In this document: positions 8,899 through 18,445 of the stretch, in pieces | Layout: each line of letters opens with the position of its first letter | Numbering within the stretch: the stretch's first letter is position 1 | Virus record (IMG/VR): IMGVR_UViG_3300021093_000101 | Location: 1-53,949 of that record | DNA length: 53,949 nucleotides | Strand: one strand, 5' to 3' | Source: a virus | Lineage: Duplodnaviria; Caudoviricetes | Translations under genes and position numbers: made by a program | Notes under the pieces: generated by a model | Database searches by the model: none | Told to the model about the DNA's origin: nothing | The model's input: the letters and a program-made list of their open reading frames with translations, nothing else

Positions 8899-9276
8899 AT
8901 GCACGATTCCGTGAATAGCCCCTCTCATTACCAGGGCGCCATTGAATGTATTGAGGCCATTGAAGCTTCTATGAGCAACGAAGCCTTTAAGGGCATGCTC
9001 AAGGGCAACATCCTTAAATATATTTGGCGCTACGAAGGCAAAAATGGCCTGGAAGATTTGCGCAAAGCTCAATGGTACTTAGAGCGTCTCATTTATGCAG
9101 TTGAATGCGAGGGTGACACTGCTCAAAGAGTGGCGAAGGTAATGGAGGAAGCTTTTGCTATTCATTATGACCCCGATGATTACATGGCCAGCGGCTGTCC
9201 CGATGGGTTCTGTCCCATGCCATCTGTCAGAACAGGCCCTTCCGAGCCCATGTTTCAGCCAGTTCACGACGCATAA
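8899..9276 (+). CDS. DUF3310 protein (T7 gp1.7-like nucleotide kinase family)
   Basis: VNSPSHY..IECIEAI...GNILKYIWR...KNGLEDLRKAQWYL. Confidence 0.85.
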   Translation: MHDSVNSPSHYQGAIECIEAIEASMSNEAFKGMLKGNILKYIWRYEGKNGLEDLRKAQWYLERLIYAVECEGDTAQRVAKVMEEAFAIHYDPDDYMASGCPDGFCPMPSVRTGPSEPMFQPVHDA

Positions 9277-9752
9277 AGCATTGATAATTTACTAAAAGGA
9301 AAGGGGCTCACAGAGGCCCCTTTTTCATGCAATGGCAGCGCTCGGTGGGTGGCTTCGCACCATGCTTCCCAGTCACTTAAGTCAGTGTGGGCGCTTACAA
9401 AACTATGAGCATAAATCCAGCTCATTAATTTTTCTTCCCTTTCTGGCGTCCAGAATTCTTTTGGTCGCCACCATTCAAAGAGCAAGAGGCTTCCCTTGTC
9501 TGCATTGCAAGACAAGCACGATGGAGCATTATTCCACTTGGCAAAATGAGGACCGCCTTTGCTCTTGGGAACAATATGGTCAATGGTCAGCTTTTCGTTC
9601 CATCGTCCACAATAGGCACAAGCGCAATGACCGAACGGTCCTCTTGTGGGATAATCTTCAAAAATACTTTTGCGATAACGACGCTTAGCATCACCAGGGC
9701 GTAATTCATGCAGAGAGTGGAGAAGTTCATTGGGTCCATTTCTCATCCCCAT
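9264..9752 (-). CDS. HNH endonuclease
   Basis: CAYCG...TIDHIVPKSKGG...N...CLSCN..K. Confidence 0.85.
   Translation of the reverse strand: MGMRNGPNELLHSLHELRPGDAKRRYRKSIFEDYPTRGPFGHCACAYCGRWNEKLTIDHIVPKSKGGPHFAKWNNAPSCLSCNADKGSLLLFEWWRPKEFWTPEREEKLMSWIYAHSFVSAHTDLSDWEAWCEATHRALPLHEKGASVSPFPFSKLSMLYAS
9300..9325 (+). terminator. rho-independent terminator after the nucleotide-metabolism operon
   Basis: GGGGCTC-ACA-GAGGCCCC hairpin followed by TTTTT. Confidence 0.6.
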
Positions 9753-9838
9753 GGCAATATTTAATTGGCCTGAATCTAGCTTAAAGGGAAAAAATGATGA
9801 TGGTGGAATGTTTAGAATGGACAAAATGCTCATTCAAA

Positions 9839-10048
9839 ATGAATGCCTGGCAGGCTAAACTTGCTGATTTTGCAGTGGTTCTCACCTCTGGCATGTTGCT
9901 TGCTACGGGCGGAATGATGATGAGCATTGGTCAGCAACAAGTGCAAATTACCACGCAAGTAGAAAATATCACTCACAAGCTTGATACTCTCACTGAAAGC
10001 ATTAAAGAACTAGAAAATCGTGTGCGCTCTTTGGAAATTCAGCGCTAA
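9839..10048 (+). CDS. membrane-anchored coiled-coil protein, lysis-associated candidate
   Basis: N-terminal hydrophobic helix and coiled coil ending ENRVRSLE; lies upstream of the holin-like and lysin genes. Confidence 0.6.
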   Translation: MNAWQAKLADFAVVLTSGMLLATGGMMMSIGQQQVQITTQVENITHKLDTLTESIKELENRVRSLEIQR

Positions 10049-10076
10049 GCTTAAATAAATTGCTCTATTTATTGTC

Positions 10077-10217
10077 ATGGGCGCTGCTGAATGGTTCGTA
10101 ATTGGTGGCATTGTCATTGCCGCCGTTGATGAAATTGTTAATCGTTCTTCTCTGAAAGAAAATTCCACCTTGCAACTGCTGCTAGGTATTTTGAAGCGCG
10201 TTTTTCCAAAGCGCTGA
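10077..10217 (+). CDS. putative holin-like peptide (46 aa)
   Basis: Read manually: MGAAEWFVIGGIVIAAVDEIVNRSSLKENSTLQLLLGILKRVFPKR; directly precedes the lysin. Confidence 0.6.
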   Translation: MGAAEWFVIGGIVIAAVDEIVNRSSLKENSTLQLLLGILKRVFPKR

Positions 10218-10260
10218 TCTCGGCAGGGGCCATAGAATTAAGGCAGCTCTGCCCAAAACT

Positions 10261-10932
10261 ATGGCCTTCATTCGCTTGACCAGCGCTGCTAAATATTTCA
10301 ATGGTGAAAGCCATCAATTGGCGGCCTGGAACTGGCTGGAAGCAGAGCTAACAAAAGCTCAGTTGGAGGAGTTTGCCGAAATGTACAGGGCAGCTCCTGC
10401 TCCTAAGCCCTCAAATCCCCTACAAGTGCCCTATTTCAGCCAGAGGGACAATGCCTCGGGACAGGGCTATAGAGAGTGTTTCAGCAGCTCCTGCGCAATG
10501 CTGGCGGCTTTCTACGGGAAGGTCAGCAGCGATGATGAATACAATCGCATTAGGCAGCGCTATGGCGATTCCACTGATGCTCAAGCACAGGTAAAAACAC
10601 TTCAGCATCTTGGTCTTTCTCCATTGTTTCGGCAAAATATGAGCCTGCCAGAATTACAGGCAGAAATTAATGCTGGACGCCCAGTGGCTGTTGGCTGGCT
10701 TCGTAAAGGCTCTTATATAAACCCTTCGGGCGATGGTCATTGGAGCGTGGCAGTTGGTCACACCAGTACAAGCACCATCATGCATGACCCCTATGGCGCC
10801 TGTGATTTAGCAAAAGGCATCTACCCAAGTGGACAAGGGGGTAAATTTGCTCATTATGCAAACAAATTCTGGATTCCGCGCTGGCTAGTCAAGTCTCAAA
10901 ATGATGGATGGGCAGTTCTCATTAGACCATGA
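10261..10932 (+). CDS. endolysin candidate, C39-like cysteine peptidase
   Basis: VPYFSQRDN, ECFSSSCAM (Cys), GHWSV (His), HDPYG (Asp). Confidence 0.8.
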   Translation: MAFIRLTSAAKYFNGESHQLAAWNWLEAELTKAQLEEFAEMYRAAPAPKPSNPLQVPYFSQRDNASGQGYRECFSSSCAMLAAFYGKVSSDDEYNRIRQRYGDSTDAQAQVKTLQHLGLSPLFRQNMSLPELQAEINAGRPVAVGWLRKGSYINPSGDGHWSVAVGHTSTSTIMHDPYGACDLAKGIYPSGQGGKFAHYANKFWIPRWLVKSQNDGWAVLIRP

Positions 10933-11336
10933 CAAACGAAACTATTGTTAATGCATTGTGCTACGAAGTGGCAATGTGGGCTGTTGAAAGATGGCCTTCA
11001 ATTGCTTTTCAACCATGGTTCAAGCTTCTAATTGAACATTGTCGCCCGTTCTGGACAGAATGGAAAACGCAGCTCACCATGCAAAAAGTGGATGAGCAAG
11101 CAAAAAAATTAGTGGAGCAATGGGAAAAAGAAGAAAGAGAAATAGTGGCAAATAAACTCGCCTCTAAAGCTCAAAAGATGTTTCCAAAGGCTACTGTCAC
11201 GCCCCTGCCCAATGCGATTGTCCCTTCAGTAATGATCGTCCACGAAGCCCCTCCAGAAGCATCAGATGAGGTAAAGGCCCTTGGCGGAGAATTGCGCATC
11301 ACTTGGACTCTCGATGGCGAAAACCGACCCAGCTAA
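10929..11336 (+). CDS. hypothetical protein
   Basis: 135-aa ORF with ATGA coupling to the lysin. Confidence 0.7.
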   Translation: MTNETIVNALCYEVAMWAVERWPSIAFQPWFKLLIEHCRPFWTEWKTQLTMQKVDEQAKKLVEQWEKEEREIVANKLASKAQKMFPKATVTPLPNAIVPSVMIVHEAPPEASDEVKALGGELRITWTLDGENRPS

Positions 11337-11403
11337 AATAGTAAAAGTTGATTAAAGGCCATGACTTTTGTCTTGGGAGCATTTCTATTTGCAACAGGCT
11401 TGT

Positions 11404-11781
11404 TCATGGCCTCTCATCGCGCTCGTCATCGTCTAATCGCCTGCTCTTCACAGCCTTCGCTTCAGCATCCAGGCCCAACCAAATAAGATTGTGAAGCCGC
11501 ATGTAATGGCTTAAACCGTCGGAATAGTCCAAACCAAACACTTCGTATAGAGCATGGCGGTAAGAACCCCTATCTTCCACTTCAGCTCTATGCATTAGTT
11601 TCATAATTTGCCTAAAGGCACGACCTCGTTGCTCCGTATCGAGGCTATGCCACCAAGCGTCGTCTTCTGCTTTTTCCCTTGTTTCAGCTTCGCGCCACAC
11701 TTGCCGCAAAGCCTTCATCTCGCTTCCATTGAGCCAGTCAAAGATGGATCGCTTTTGATCATCTCCTTCAAAATCAGCCAT
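11404..11781 (-). CDS. hypothetical protein
   Basis: 125-aa ORF with a GSYRHALYEVFG motif of phage-protein type. Confidence 0.7.
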   Translation of the reverse strand: MADFEGDDQKRSIFDWLNGSEMKALRQVWREAETREKAEDDAWWHSLDTEQRGRAFRQIMKLMHRAEVEDRGSYRHALYEVFGLDYSDGLSHYMRLHNLIWLGLDAEAKAVKSRRLDDDERDERP

Positions 11782-11945
11782 TTCTGCATTTCCTGATAGT
11801 GGTAATCGTACCAGCTTTCAATGGCTTCGCACAGTCCTTTCTGCGCATTTGAAGGGCCATCATGCATTAGCTCTTGCAGGGCGTCGGCAATGCTTTCAAC
11901 TTGCGTTTGGTAATGATCGCAAGAGAAAATGGTGGTCGTAGTCAT
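11715..11945 (-). CDS. hypothetical protein
   Basis: Probable ATG at 11945 with a TAAGCT -10-like box upstream. Confidence 0.55.
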   Translation of the reverse strand: MTTTTIFSCDHYQTQVESIADALQELMHDGPSNAQKGLCEAIESWYDYHYQEMQKWLILKEMIKSDPSLTGSMEAR

Positions 11946-11975
11946 GGCAGATTTAAGGCTGCTCAAAGCTTAGCC

Positions 11976-12935
11976 TTAAAACTCGCCGCAATCAATGGTC
12001 ACTGCATCAATGGTTGCGCCACTAATCGTAGTGGTGGCCGAGATAAGCCCGCCAGTAATGGCCACATTATTCGCATCTTGAGTGGCGATAGTGCCAAGGC
12101 CTAATGAAGTGCGAGCCGTGGAGCCACTTTCAATGACAAAGGCACTTCCATTGCCAACAATAAAACCACCATCACCGGGAGTGAGTCCTCCGATGGCTGT
12201 TAATGCAGCACTATAAGCCTGCACATCCACGCCAATCTCAAGATCTAGATTGACCCTTGCGTCAGCAGCGTTAGCAGCCCCTGTGCCGCCATAGGCCACA
12301 CCAATCGCCGCGCCCTGCCAAGTGCCTCCGCTAATAGTGCCAACAGTAGTAAGAGAGGAGGAGACGATGGAGGAGCCAAGTGTGGTGGAGCTTAAAACGC
12401 TCGTCCCATTGATTTTGTATTCTTTACCGCTGGCCAGACTTAAGTGCTCGCTGGAAGTCCAGGCATCAGTGGAATCAACCCAAGTAAAAGTTTTATTGGT
12501 GCTGCCCAGCAGTGTAATGCCACCCCCATCGGCACCAGCATCAGAAGGGCTGTCAACTTTACCAAGCTCTAAATTTTTATCTTTAATCTCAACAGTAGTG
12601 CTATTTACAAAAGTAGTGGTTCCAGAAACCGTAAGATTGCCAACAACACTAAAATTTCCGTTGACTGTAAAGCCGGAAACCGTAGCCCCAGAAAAATCTA
12701 CTGGTCCGCTATAAATCTTTTTTCCGCTAATTGTTTGCTCACCAGTGAGCGTGACAAAAGCTCCTTTACCTCCAATGGTTTCAATGGTTGTGGCAGTGCC
12801 ACCGGCTCCGCCAGTGCCTTTGCCATAGTAAAGAATATCATCAACTTCGTTAAAAGCAAGTTCAGCATTGGCCAGGCTTGAAGGGGCGCCAGCCGAGCCA
12901 GACGAACGGCGCTTAATGCGTACAGTGTTGGCCAC
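11976..12935 (-). CDS. tail fibre-like structural protein
   Basis: N-terminal RIKR....GAPSSL..AELAFNE fibre-attachment motif; G/S/T-rich; DCGEF end. Confidence 0.75.
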   Translation of the reverse strand: MANTVRIKRRSSGSAGAPSSLANAELAFNEVDDILYYGKGTGGAGGTATTIETIGGKGAFVTLTGEQTISGKKIYSGPVDFSGATVSGFTVNGNFSVVGNLTVSGTTTFVNSTTVEIKDKNLELGKVDSPSDAGADGGGITLLGSTNKTFTWVDSTDAWTSSEHLSLASGKEYKINGTSVLSSTTLGSSIVSSSLTTVGTISGGTWQGAAIGVAYGGTGAANAADARVNLDLEIGVDVQAYSAALTAIGGLTPGDGGFIVGNGSAFVIESGSTARTSLGLGTIATQDANNVAITGGLISATTTISGATIDAVTIDCGEF

Positions 12936-13345
12936 TAAAAATTACCTCCGTCCGTAAGTGCCGTAAGAGTGGTAGAAGAGTTTGCCAGAAACTTTTGGCT
13001 CCCTCCATCATAAACAAGCACGCTACCATTCGTTTTTGCACTAATATCTACATCCACCAATGCTGCAAGTTCTAACGTTTGCCAGTACATGTCAAAGTTA
13101 ACATTGCTGGCTTTGCTTAACACTTGATTGGTGGTGCCACTGGTAATAATGCCGGGACCAGGCACACCCTGCGGCCCATCGCTTTGCAGTTCAATCACTA
13201 CATCATCCGTCGCCTCAACAGAAATAATGGAAGAAAAATTAGCAACGATTTCCACATTGTTACTGTCAACTTCTTCTACCAATACGGAGGATTGTTGACC
13301 AACAATTTCAACAGTACTTGACGATTGCTCAACAATGACTGTCAT
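12935..13345 (-). CDS. fibre-associated structural protein
   Basis: GPQGVPG, GTTNQVLSK and DGGNF end motifs. Confidence 0.65.
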   Translation of the reverse strand: MTVIVEQSSSTVEIVGQQSSVLVEEVDSNNVEIVANFSSIISVEATDDVVIELQSDGPQGVPGPGIITSGTTNQVLSKASNVNFDMYWQTLELAALVDVDISAKTNGSVLVYDGGSQKFLANSSTTLTALTDGGNF

Positions 13346-13680
13346 TTGCAGCTAAGACCAAGATTAATAAAAGCAGCGCCTTCTAAAAGATAATAAGAAT
13401 CATTGGTTGGTTCCGTCACGAGAATGTCATATTGTCCTTGCTCGGTGATGCCGCTAGTTCCAGAAGCTTCTAGGCGAATTTTAAAAATGCCACTTGGCTC
13501 GCTCACGTAGTTTACGGCAAAATCAGCAAGTTTTTCAACGCCTAGACGATCATAAAGCTTGGATACCACTGTATATCCACTCATATTCACTGGCACGCCA
13601 GAAGGATCTTTGTATTGAACTTGCAGCTCAAACGTGGCTCCCTGATAAATCGTAATATCATGTTTACCAGGAGTGACCAT
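13342..13680 (-). CDS. fibre/baseplate adaptor-like protein
   Basis: DITIYQGATF...PVNMSGYT...YDI...LLEG; paralog of 14645..14986. Confidence 0.65.
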   Translation of the reverse strand: MVTPGKHDITIYQGATFELQVQYKDPSGVPVNMSGYTVVSKLYDRLGVEKLADFAVNYVSEPSGIFKIRLEASGTSGITEQGQYDILVTEPTNDSYYLLEGAAFINLGLSCK

Positions 13681-13710
13681 GATTAAACTCTTGAGCGTCT
13701 ATAAAATATT

Positions 13711-13968
13711 TTAGACAACTTCTTGCCAGCCAATTAGTCCAGTGGCTTCTTGGGAAGAACTACATTCAATGGTAAGGGCTAATACATCGCTTACGCCCGA
13801 AGCATTTGTGCCTAATGAAAGAGCTAAACCACTTTCAGGACTAAACTCAATATCACTTCTTGCCGCAATTAAACCTCCGCCTACAACAGTGCCGCCACTA
13901 AATGTGCCGCTTGCCATCGTTTCCACATTGCCCCTGCCATTGGCAGAGCCGCGAACGATTTGTCCCAT
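13711..13968 (-). CDS. short structural-type ORF, possibly an internally deleted gene
   Basis: 85 aa ending GLIGWQEVV; fills the gap between co-oriented genes. Confidence 0.55.
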   Translation of the reverse strand: MGQIVRGSANGRGNVETMASGTFSGGTVVGGGLIAARSDIEFSPESGLALSLGTNASGVSDVLALTIECSSSQEATGLIGWQEVV

Positions 13969-13976
13969 GGTAAAAA

Positions 13977-14642
13977 TTAAGCGAGAAGACCAAGAGTTTG
14001 AAGGGCGACAATCACGCCACTCACGGCAGCATTCACTTCATCAACTGTGGCACCACCGCTGGGAATAGCAATGCCAGACGGCTGCACCGTTGCACTTGCT
14101 CCATAGAAGCCCAAAACATCAGAAGCTTCTCCAATAATCAAGCCTGAGCCAGCAGAAATGGTGCCGGAAATAGTAGGAGAAAGGACGATGGAGGAAGAAT
14201 AAGTGCCGCTAGTGACAGTGGCATTATTCGTGACAGTGCCAGACAGCGTGATTGAAGATAAAACTGTATTTTCGATGGCAGAATTGTCAATGGTGCAATT
14301 ATCAATAACTGCATTAGAAAGTGCTGTGCCATCAGCCGTGCCGCTGCTAATGGTTGCATCCGTAATCGTTGGCGCCGTAATTGTTGCACCATCTACAATG
14401 CCGCCCGCAATCGTGCCTGCATTGGTAACAGTGCCAGACAATGTGGCTGCATTTAACGTTAAGCCAGAAGCTTCGCCGGTCCAAGCGGCATCGTAATTAG
14501 TGGCGCTTTGCTTAACAAGGATGTTGCCAGCACTGCCGCCAGAAGGCATTGTGTCGCCACCAATTGGCCCTTGCACGCCAGGAATAGAAAGGCCAAGCTC
14601 AGTGGTTTCGCCACTAACAACAGTAATAATAATGTCAGCCAT
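13977..14642 (-). CDS. fibre-like structural protein
   Basis: PGVQGP, PSGGSAGNILVK..NYD..W, I/T/S/G-rich repeats, LGFYG...LQTLGLLA end. Confidence 0.7.
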   Translation of the reverse strand: MADIIITVVSGETTELGLSIPGVQGPIGGDTMPSGGSAGNILVKQSATNYDAAWTGEASGLTLNAATLSGTVTNAGTIAGGIVDGATITAPTITDATISSGTADGTALSNAVIDNCTIDNSAIENTVLSSITLSGTVTNNATVTSGTYSSSIVLSPTISGTISAGSGLIIGEASDVLGFYGASATVQPSGIAIPSGGATVDEVNAAVSGVIVALQTLGLLA

Positions 14643-14644
14643 AA

Positions 14645-14986
14645 TTAATTCCTAGAGCAAGTGCCAGAAACAGTGCAGGCTCCCTTGAGCCAATAATAAC
14701 GATCACCGCTTCCCGCAGTTGCACTCACATCATACTTATACGAGCCAGCTTCAATGCCACTTGTCGTTGCAGGAGAAAGCTCTAATTGAAACACTCCACT
14801 GGCTGCATTAGTAATTGTGGGCGTAAAACTTGCAACAATGGAATGATCAATAACGCCACAAATATCGCTATCAATCGTGTAGCCAGAAAGATTAATGGGC
14901 GTACCGCCACTTTCCGTGACGGTTAGCTCCAAGCGAAAAGTTGCGTTTTGCAACACAACAATATCGTAAGTGGCGGGATAAATCAT
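14645..14986 (-). CDS. fibre/baseplate adaptor-like protein
   Basis: YDIVVLQNATF...PINLSGYT...YDV...WLKG; paralog of 13342..13680. Confidence 0.65.
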   Translation of the reverse strand: MIYPATYDIVVLQNATFRLELTVTESGGTPINLSGYTIDSDICGVIDHSIVASFTPTITNAASGVFQLELSPATTSGIEAGSYKYDVSATAGSGDRYYWLKGACTVSGTCSRN

Positions 14987-14992
14987 GCCCCA

Positions 14993-15265
14993 TTACGGCT
15001 CTTGATTCTTTTCATTGTAGCCAAGTGCTTCGCCATATTCAGCGGCAAGCGAATAAAATGCGTCAATGATGTTTTGAGGAGCATATCCGCAACCAAGAGC
15101 AAATTGATAAAACTGTCTGGTCAAGCCAAAAGCATTTACTTCCTGGCATTGATGAATAATTTCCTGATAACCAGCCGTATCAAAAGTGGTTTCTGCAGAC
15201 CAGCGATGGGAAAAGGAATAGGAATCAACAACAGCAGCCATGGCAAAAGAAAAGGGCCAGTCCAT
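14993..15265 (-). CDS. hypothetical protein
   Basis: 90-aa ORF with an F..FALGCGY motif. Confidence 0.6.
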   Translation of the reverse strand: MDWPFSFAMAAVVDSYSFSHRWSAETTFDTAGYQEIIHQCQEVNAFGLTRQFYQFALGCGYAPQNIIDAFYSLAAEYGEALGYNEKNQEP

Positions 15266-15289
15266 AGACTAGCCCTTCTTTTCCTATTG

Positions 15290-15427
15290 TCAACCGCCTT
15301 GTCCGCGACTAAGTTTGCGACCATGGCTTGACTTGCTATTTTTGCCTTGGCCCTGGCGAGTGCGCTTAGGCTTGCTGATGATGAGGCGCTTAGAGCTTGA
15401 TGCTCCCACCTTGCTTTTGACTGCCAT
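15290..15427 (-). CDS. small basic virion-region peptide (45 aa; KRTRQG...RGQG type)
   Basis: Read manually: MAVKSKVGASSSKRLIISKPKRTRQGQGKNSKSSHGRKLSRGQGG; TAATG coupling; a motif I recognise from cyanophage tail regions. Confidence 0.75.
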   Translation of the reverse strand: MAVKSKVGASSSKRLIISKPKRTRQGQGKNSKSSHGRKLSRGQGG

Positions 15428-15621
15428 TATTCAGCAGCCTCCTCTTCAGCAGAAACTTCGGCAGTCTCAACGGCTTTCTCTTCAGAAGAAAAAACCAGAC
15501 CGTCAAGCATGTTTTGCAGCAATCCTCCCGCCATATTAATAAGCGTGGCATCTTGGGTAAGGCGAGCATTGACATAAGCATTGACTGCAGTGATCAGCTC
15601 GCTTTTTTTGCAAGGCATCAT
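15427..15621 (-). CDS. small protein after tail fibre (possible fibre chaperone)
   Basis: 64-aa ORF immediately downstream of the fibre gene. Confidence 0.6.
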   Translation of the reverse strand: MMPCKKSELITAVNAYVNARLTQDATLINMAGGLLQNMLDGLVFSSEEKAVETAEVSAEEEAAE

Positions 15622-15686
15622 ATCAAATGAAAGCAGGCTTTATTTTAACCATAAAATTCAACCATTCATAGTCGGATGGGTCAAAA

Positions 15687-18191
15687 TTAAGCAAGTCGAT
15701 AAGAGACAAAAGTGTTGGCGGCTGTGCGACGGCTTACAAATCGGCCAGAATTAGCAGCCGTAACAATTGCGCTTCCAACGATAGTGTGACCAGTGTTGCC
15801 AGCAACTGTTACAGAGTTAGTGGCACCAGTGTTAATAATGGACCATTCAAAAGCAAAGTTTGTATAAAGGCTATTAAATCCTGCTTCAGCATTTGTACCA
15901 GTCGGTAAAGTCATCGTAACTGCAGCCGCAGTTGTTGAGGTGATGATACCAGTTTTCATGTTGGCAATGGTAATAGTTGCACTTGTATTAACTGCAGCCG
16001 GGGTTACTTGGTGGTAGCCAATTACGCCTTCCCGTGTAATACGCATGCGTTCAGTTGATGAAGCAGCACCATCCGATGTTGTCGAAAATACGAGCCTTCC
16101 AGGCATATCATTGTCCCCGCTAGTGCCATCAACATCTGCCCTAATTTCAGCTCCATTAACAAAATCAGTACCATCAGCACCTTGAAAACTGATCCGGCCA
16201 ATATTATGGTTGATAGGCACTAAAGTAGTATCATTCTTGCTAATTCCGGCTGATTTTGCAAAAATTAAATTTGGGGCCAAAGCATTTGCCACTATTCCAG
16301 CAACAATTGCCATGGAAGCGGTAGTATTGCTGGTGCCTTCTACTTGAAAACTTGCGCTGGTAGTGGCGCTATTATGAAATCCATCACGCAAACTTTCCTC
16401 CTCTCCCACACAAAATCCACCAGGAACGACGCTGGCTGTAAGAACACCAGCGGCCCAAAAGTTTGTGGCGGAAGACTTCACCTGTAACGTTTGTAATGTG
16501 AGAATACTAGGACTGCCAGCATTCAACCCAATTTCTAAATAAGTAGAAGGATCAGTAAAATTATCTGTAAGGAGAATTGCGGGATTGTTGTACGTGTCAA
16601 TATGAAGCTTGGAAGTCGGATTATTTGTTCCAATTCCCACTTCGCCAAACGAGGAAATTCTCATCACTTCATCTAAGCTGGTGCCGCCAGTATTGACAGA
16701 AAAAATCAATGCGCCTGGCATTACATCGGCGGCTGGTGCGCCATCTATTTCTGCAACGATGCGTGCAGCAGAAACAAATTGCGCCCCATCACTTCCCTGG
16801 AAATCAATTTGACCACATCTGTCATTGTCCGTAACAATAGTATTGCTGCCAATGGCACTGCCGCCAGTCCTGGCAAATACCATGAATGGGCCGTTTGCAT
16901 CAGCGGTGGCATTATGAATTAGAGCAAGTGATCCCCAAGATCCAGCCGCTGTAGTACCACTGCCTTCAATTTGCAATGGAGTGGTAAAAGTGCTGTTGTA
17001 AAAATTTGCACGCGCAGTAGAATTTCCAATTAAAAACCGTCGCGAAGTATCAAAACGAGCCGCTTCAACGCCACTAATAGCAACAGCAATAGTATCTCCA
17101 GCAGGATTCCAAAAACCACTGTTTAAATCAGTGCTAAATGCGTATGATGGTGCACCAACGGCTCCAGAACCAGCCTGGAAGGGATTGGTGCCACTTGCCG
17201 TGACACTTGTTGCAGATAATGTTCCAGTTGTTGTAATGTTTTGAGAGCCAAAATCTGGGGCAATTTTGGTGCCAGCGATGGCGGCAGAAGTATTTACATC
17301 AGCATTAACAATCGCTCCAGAAGCAATGGCTGTTACACCAGCATCGCTAATTGTTACATCGCCCGTAACTGCAGTGGAAGTGGCAACATTGCTTGCATTG
17401 CCAAGCAAAATATTGCCAGCCGTCATTGTCGCCAATTTGCTATAGGCAATGGCGGCAGCACTGTTTATATCAGCATTTACAATTGTGTCATTCGCAATCA
17501 TTGTGCTGGTAACCGTGCCACTGTCACCAGTAGTAACTACTGTGCCCGTTACATTGGGGAAAGTGATCGTCCTGTCGGCTGTTGGGTCGATCACGGCAAG
17601 AGTGGTTTCAAAGCTATCGTCCGTGCTGCCTTCAAAAACCAAACTGCCAGTGGTGCCTATTAAAAGCTCCCCAGTAACCGTGCCGCCAGCTTTTGGCAAT
17701 GCTGCATTGGCCAGGTCGTAAGCCGCCTTTACGGCAGTAGAAGAAGCAATGGTGGTAGAGCTAGTAGTGCTTGTGCTATCGCTAACTTTGCTTTGCAATC
17801 CAGAAGGCGTAACTGCCCTAATCGCATCAGTGCCCGCCTGTGTTTCCGCTGGTGTCGCCAGTTCAACTAAACCAACGACAGTTTCAGTGCCAGAAGGCGT
17901 GAGATTGATAAAAGCACTGCCTGTGTAGTATTTCAAGCCTGGTGTGGTCAGGCTATTATCCACCCATAGTTCGCCCAAAGAATTGCCAGCACTGCCAGCG
18001 GGTACGGCATTTGGAGCGGCACTTCCTACATGCGCTGGCCCCACTTTCACCACTCCCCCATTGCTATCCTTGAAGAATAATGCAGGCGTTCCAGAAGCAG
18101 TATTGATGGCAAGTTGTCCATCTACTAAGCCTGACGCAGTGGGGCGCTTGTCAGCAGTGGACGAACGAAGATGCTTGAGGGTGGAAGCCAT
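15687..18191 (-). CDS. tail fibre / receptor-binding protein
   Basis: N-terminal LRSSTADKRP..L.DGQLAIN; GLVELAT; two copies of a G.I.FQG.DG..F...A.I.A..DG....MPG.L.FS module. Confidence 0.8.
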   Translation of the reverse strand: MASTLKHLRSSTADKRPTASGLVDGQLAINTASGTPALFFKDSNGGVVKVGPAHVGSAAPNAVPAGSAGNSLGELWVDNSLTTPGLKYYTGSAFINLTPSGTETVVGLVELATPAETQAGTDAIRAVTPSGLQSKVSDSTSTTSSTTIASSTAVKAAYDLANAALPKAGGTVTGELLIGTTGSLVFEGSTDDSFETTLAVIDPTADRTITFPNVTGTVVTTGDSGTVTSTMIANDTIVNADINSAAAIAYSKLATMTAGNILLGNASNVATSTAVTGDVTISDAGVTAIASGAIVNADVNTSAAIAGTKIAPDFGSQNITTTGTLSATSVTASGTNPFQAGSGAVGAPSYAFSTDLNSGFWNPAGDTIAVAISGVEAARFDTSRRFLIGNSTARANFYNSTFTTPLQIEGSGTTAAGSWGSLALIHNATADANGPFMVFARTGGSAIGSNTIVTDNDRCGQIDFQGSDGAQFVSAARIVAEIDGAPAADVMPGALIFSVNTGGTSLDEVMRISSFGEVGIGTNNPTSKLHIDTYNNPAILLTDNFTDPSTYLEIGLNAGSPSILTLQTLQVKSSATNFWAAGVLTASVVPGGFCVGEEESLRDGFHNSATTSASFQVEGTSNTTASMAIVAGIVANALAPNLIFAKSAGISKNDTTLVPINHNIGRISFQGADGTDFVNGAEIRADVDGTSGDNDMPGRLVFSTTSDGAASSTERMRITREGVIGYHQVTPAAVNTSATITIANMKTGIITSTTAAAVTMTLPTGTNAEAGFNSLYTNFAFEWSIINTGATNSVTVAGNTGHTIVGSAIVTAANSGRFVSRRTAANTFVSYRLA

Positions 18192-18243
18192 AAGAATGGA
18201 AGCCGAACCAAAAGGCGGCGGTTAATTTTGCTCTATTCTAAAG

Positions 18244-18417
18244 CTAAGTATATTCTCCTTCGTCAATAACACTATTTGTTTCGTTAATAACATAATCTAG
18301 ATCGTCCCATGCAGTGTAATAAAACGCACTAGCAACTTTTACGAGCACCTGTCCCGGTGCTCCGTAAGGAGGAACTTCTGTCCCTGAATAAACAAATTGC
18401 GCGGGACGATGTGGCAT
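18244..18417 (-). CDS. small fibre-associated protein (57 aa)
   Basis: Read manually: MPHRPAQ...PPYGAPGQVLVK...IDEGEYT; shares the GQVLVK and DxGxY motifs of neighbouring genes. Confidence 0.7.
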   Translation of the reverse strand: MPHRPAQFVYSGTEVPPYGAPGQVLVKVASAFYYTAWDDLDYVINETNSVIDEGEYT

Positions 18418-18445
18418 TTATTTTCTCCCATAACTTGACAAAAAA

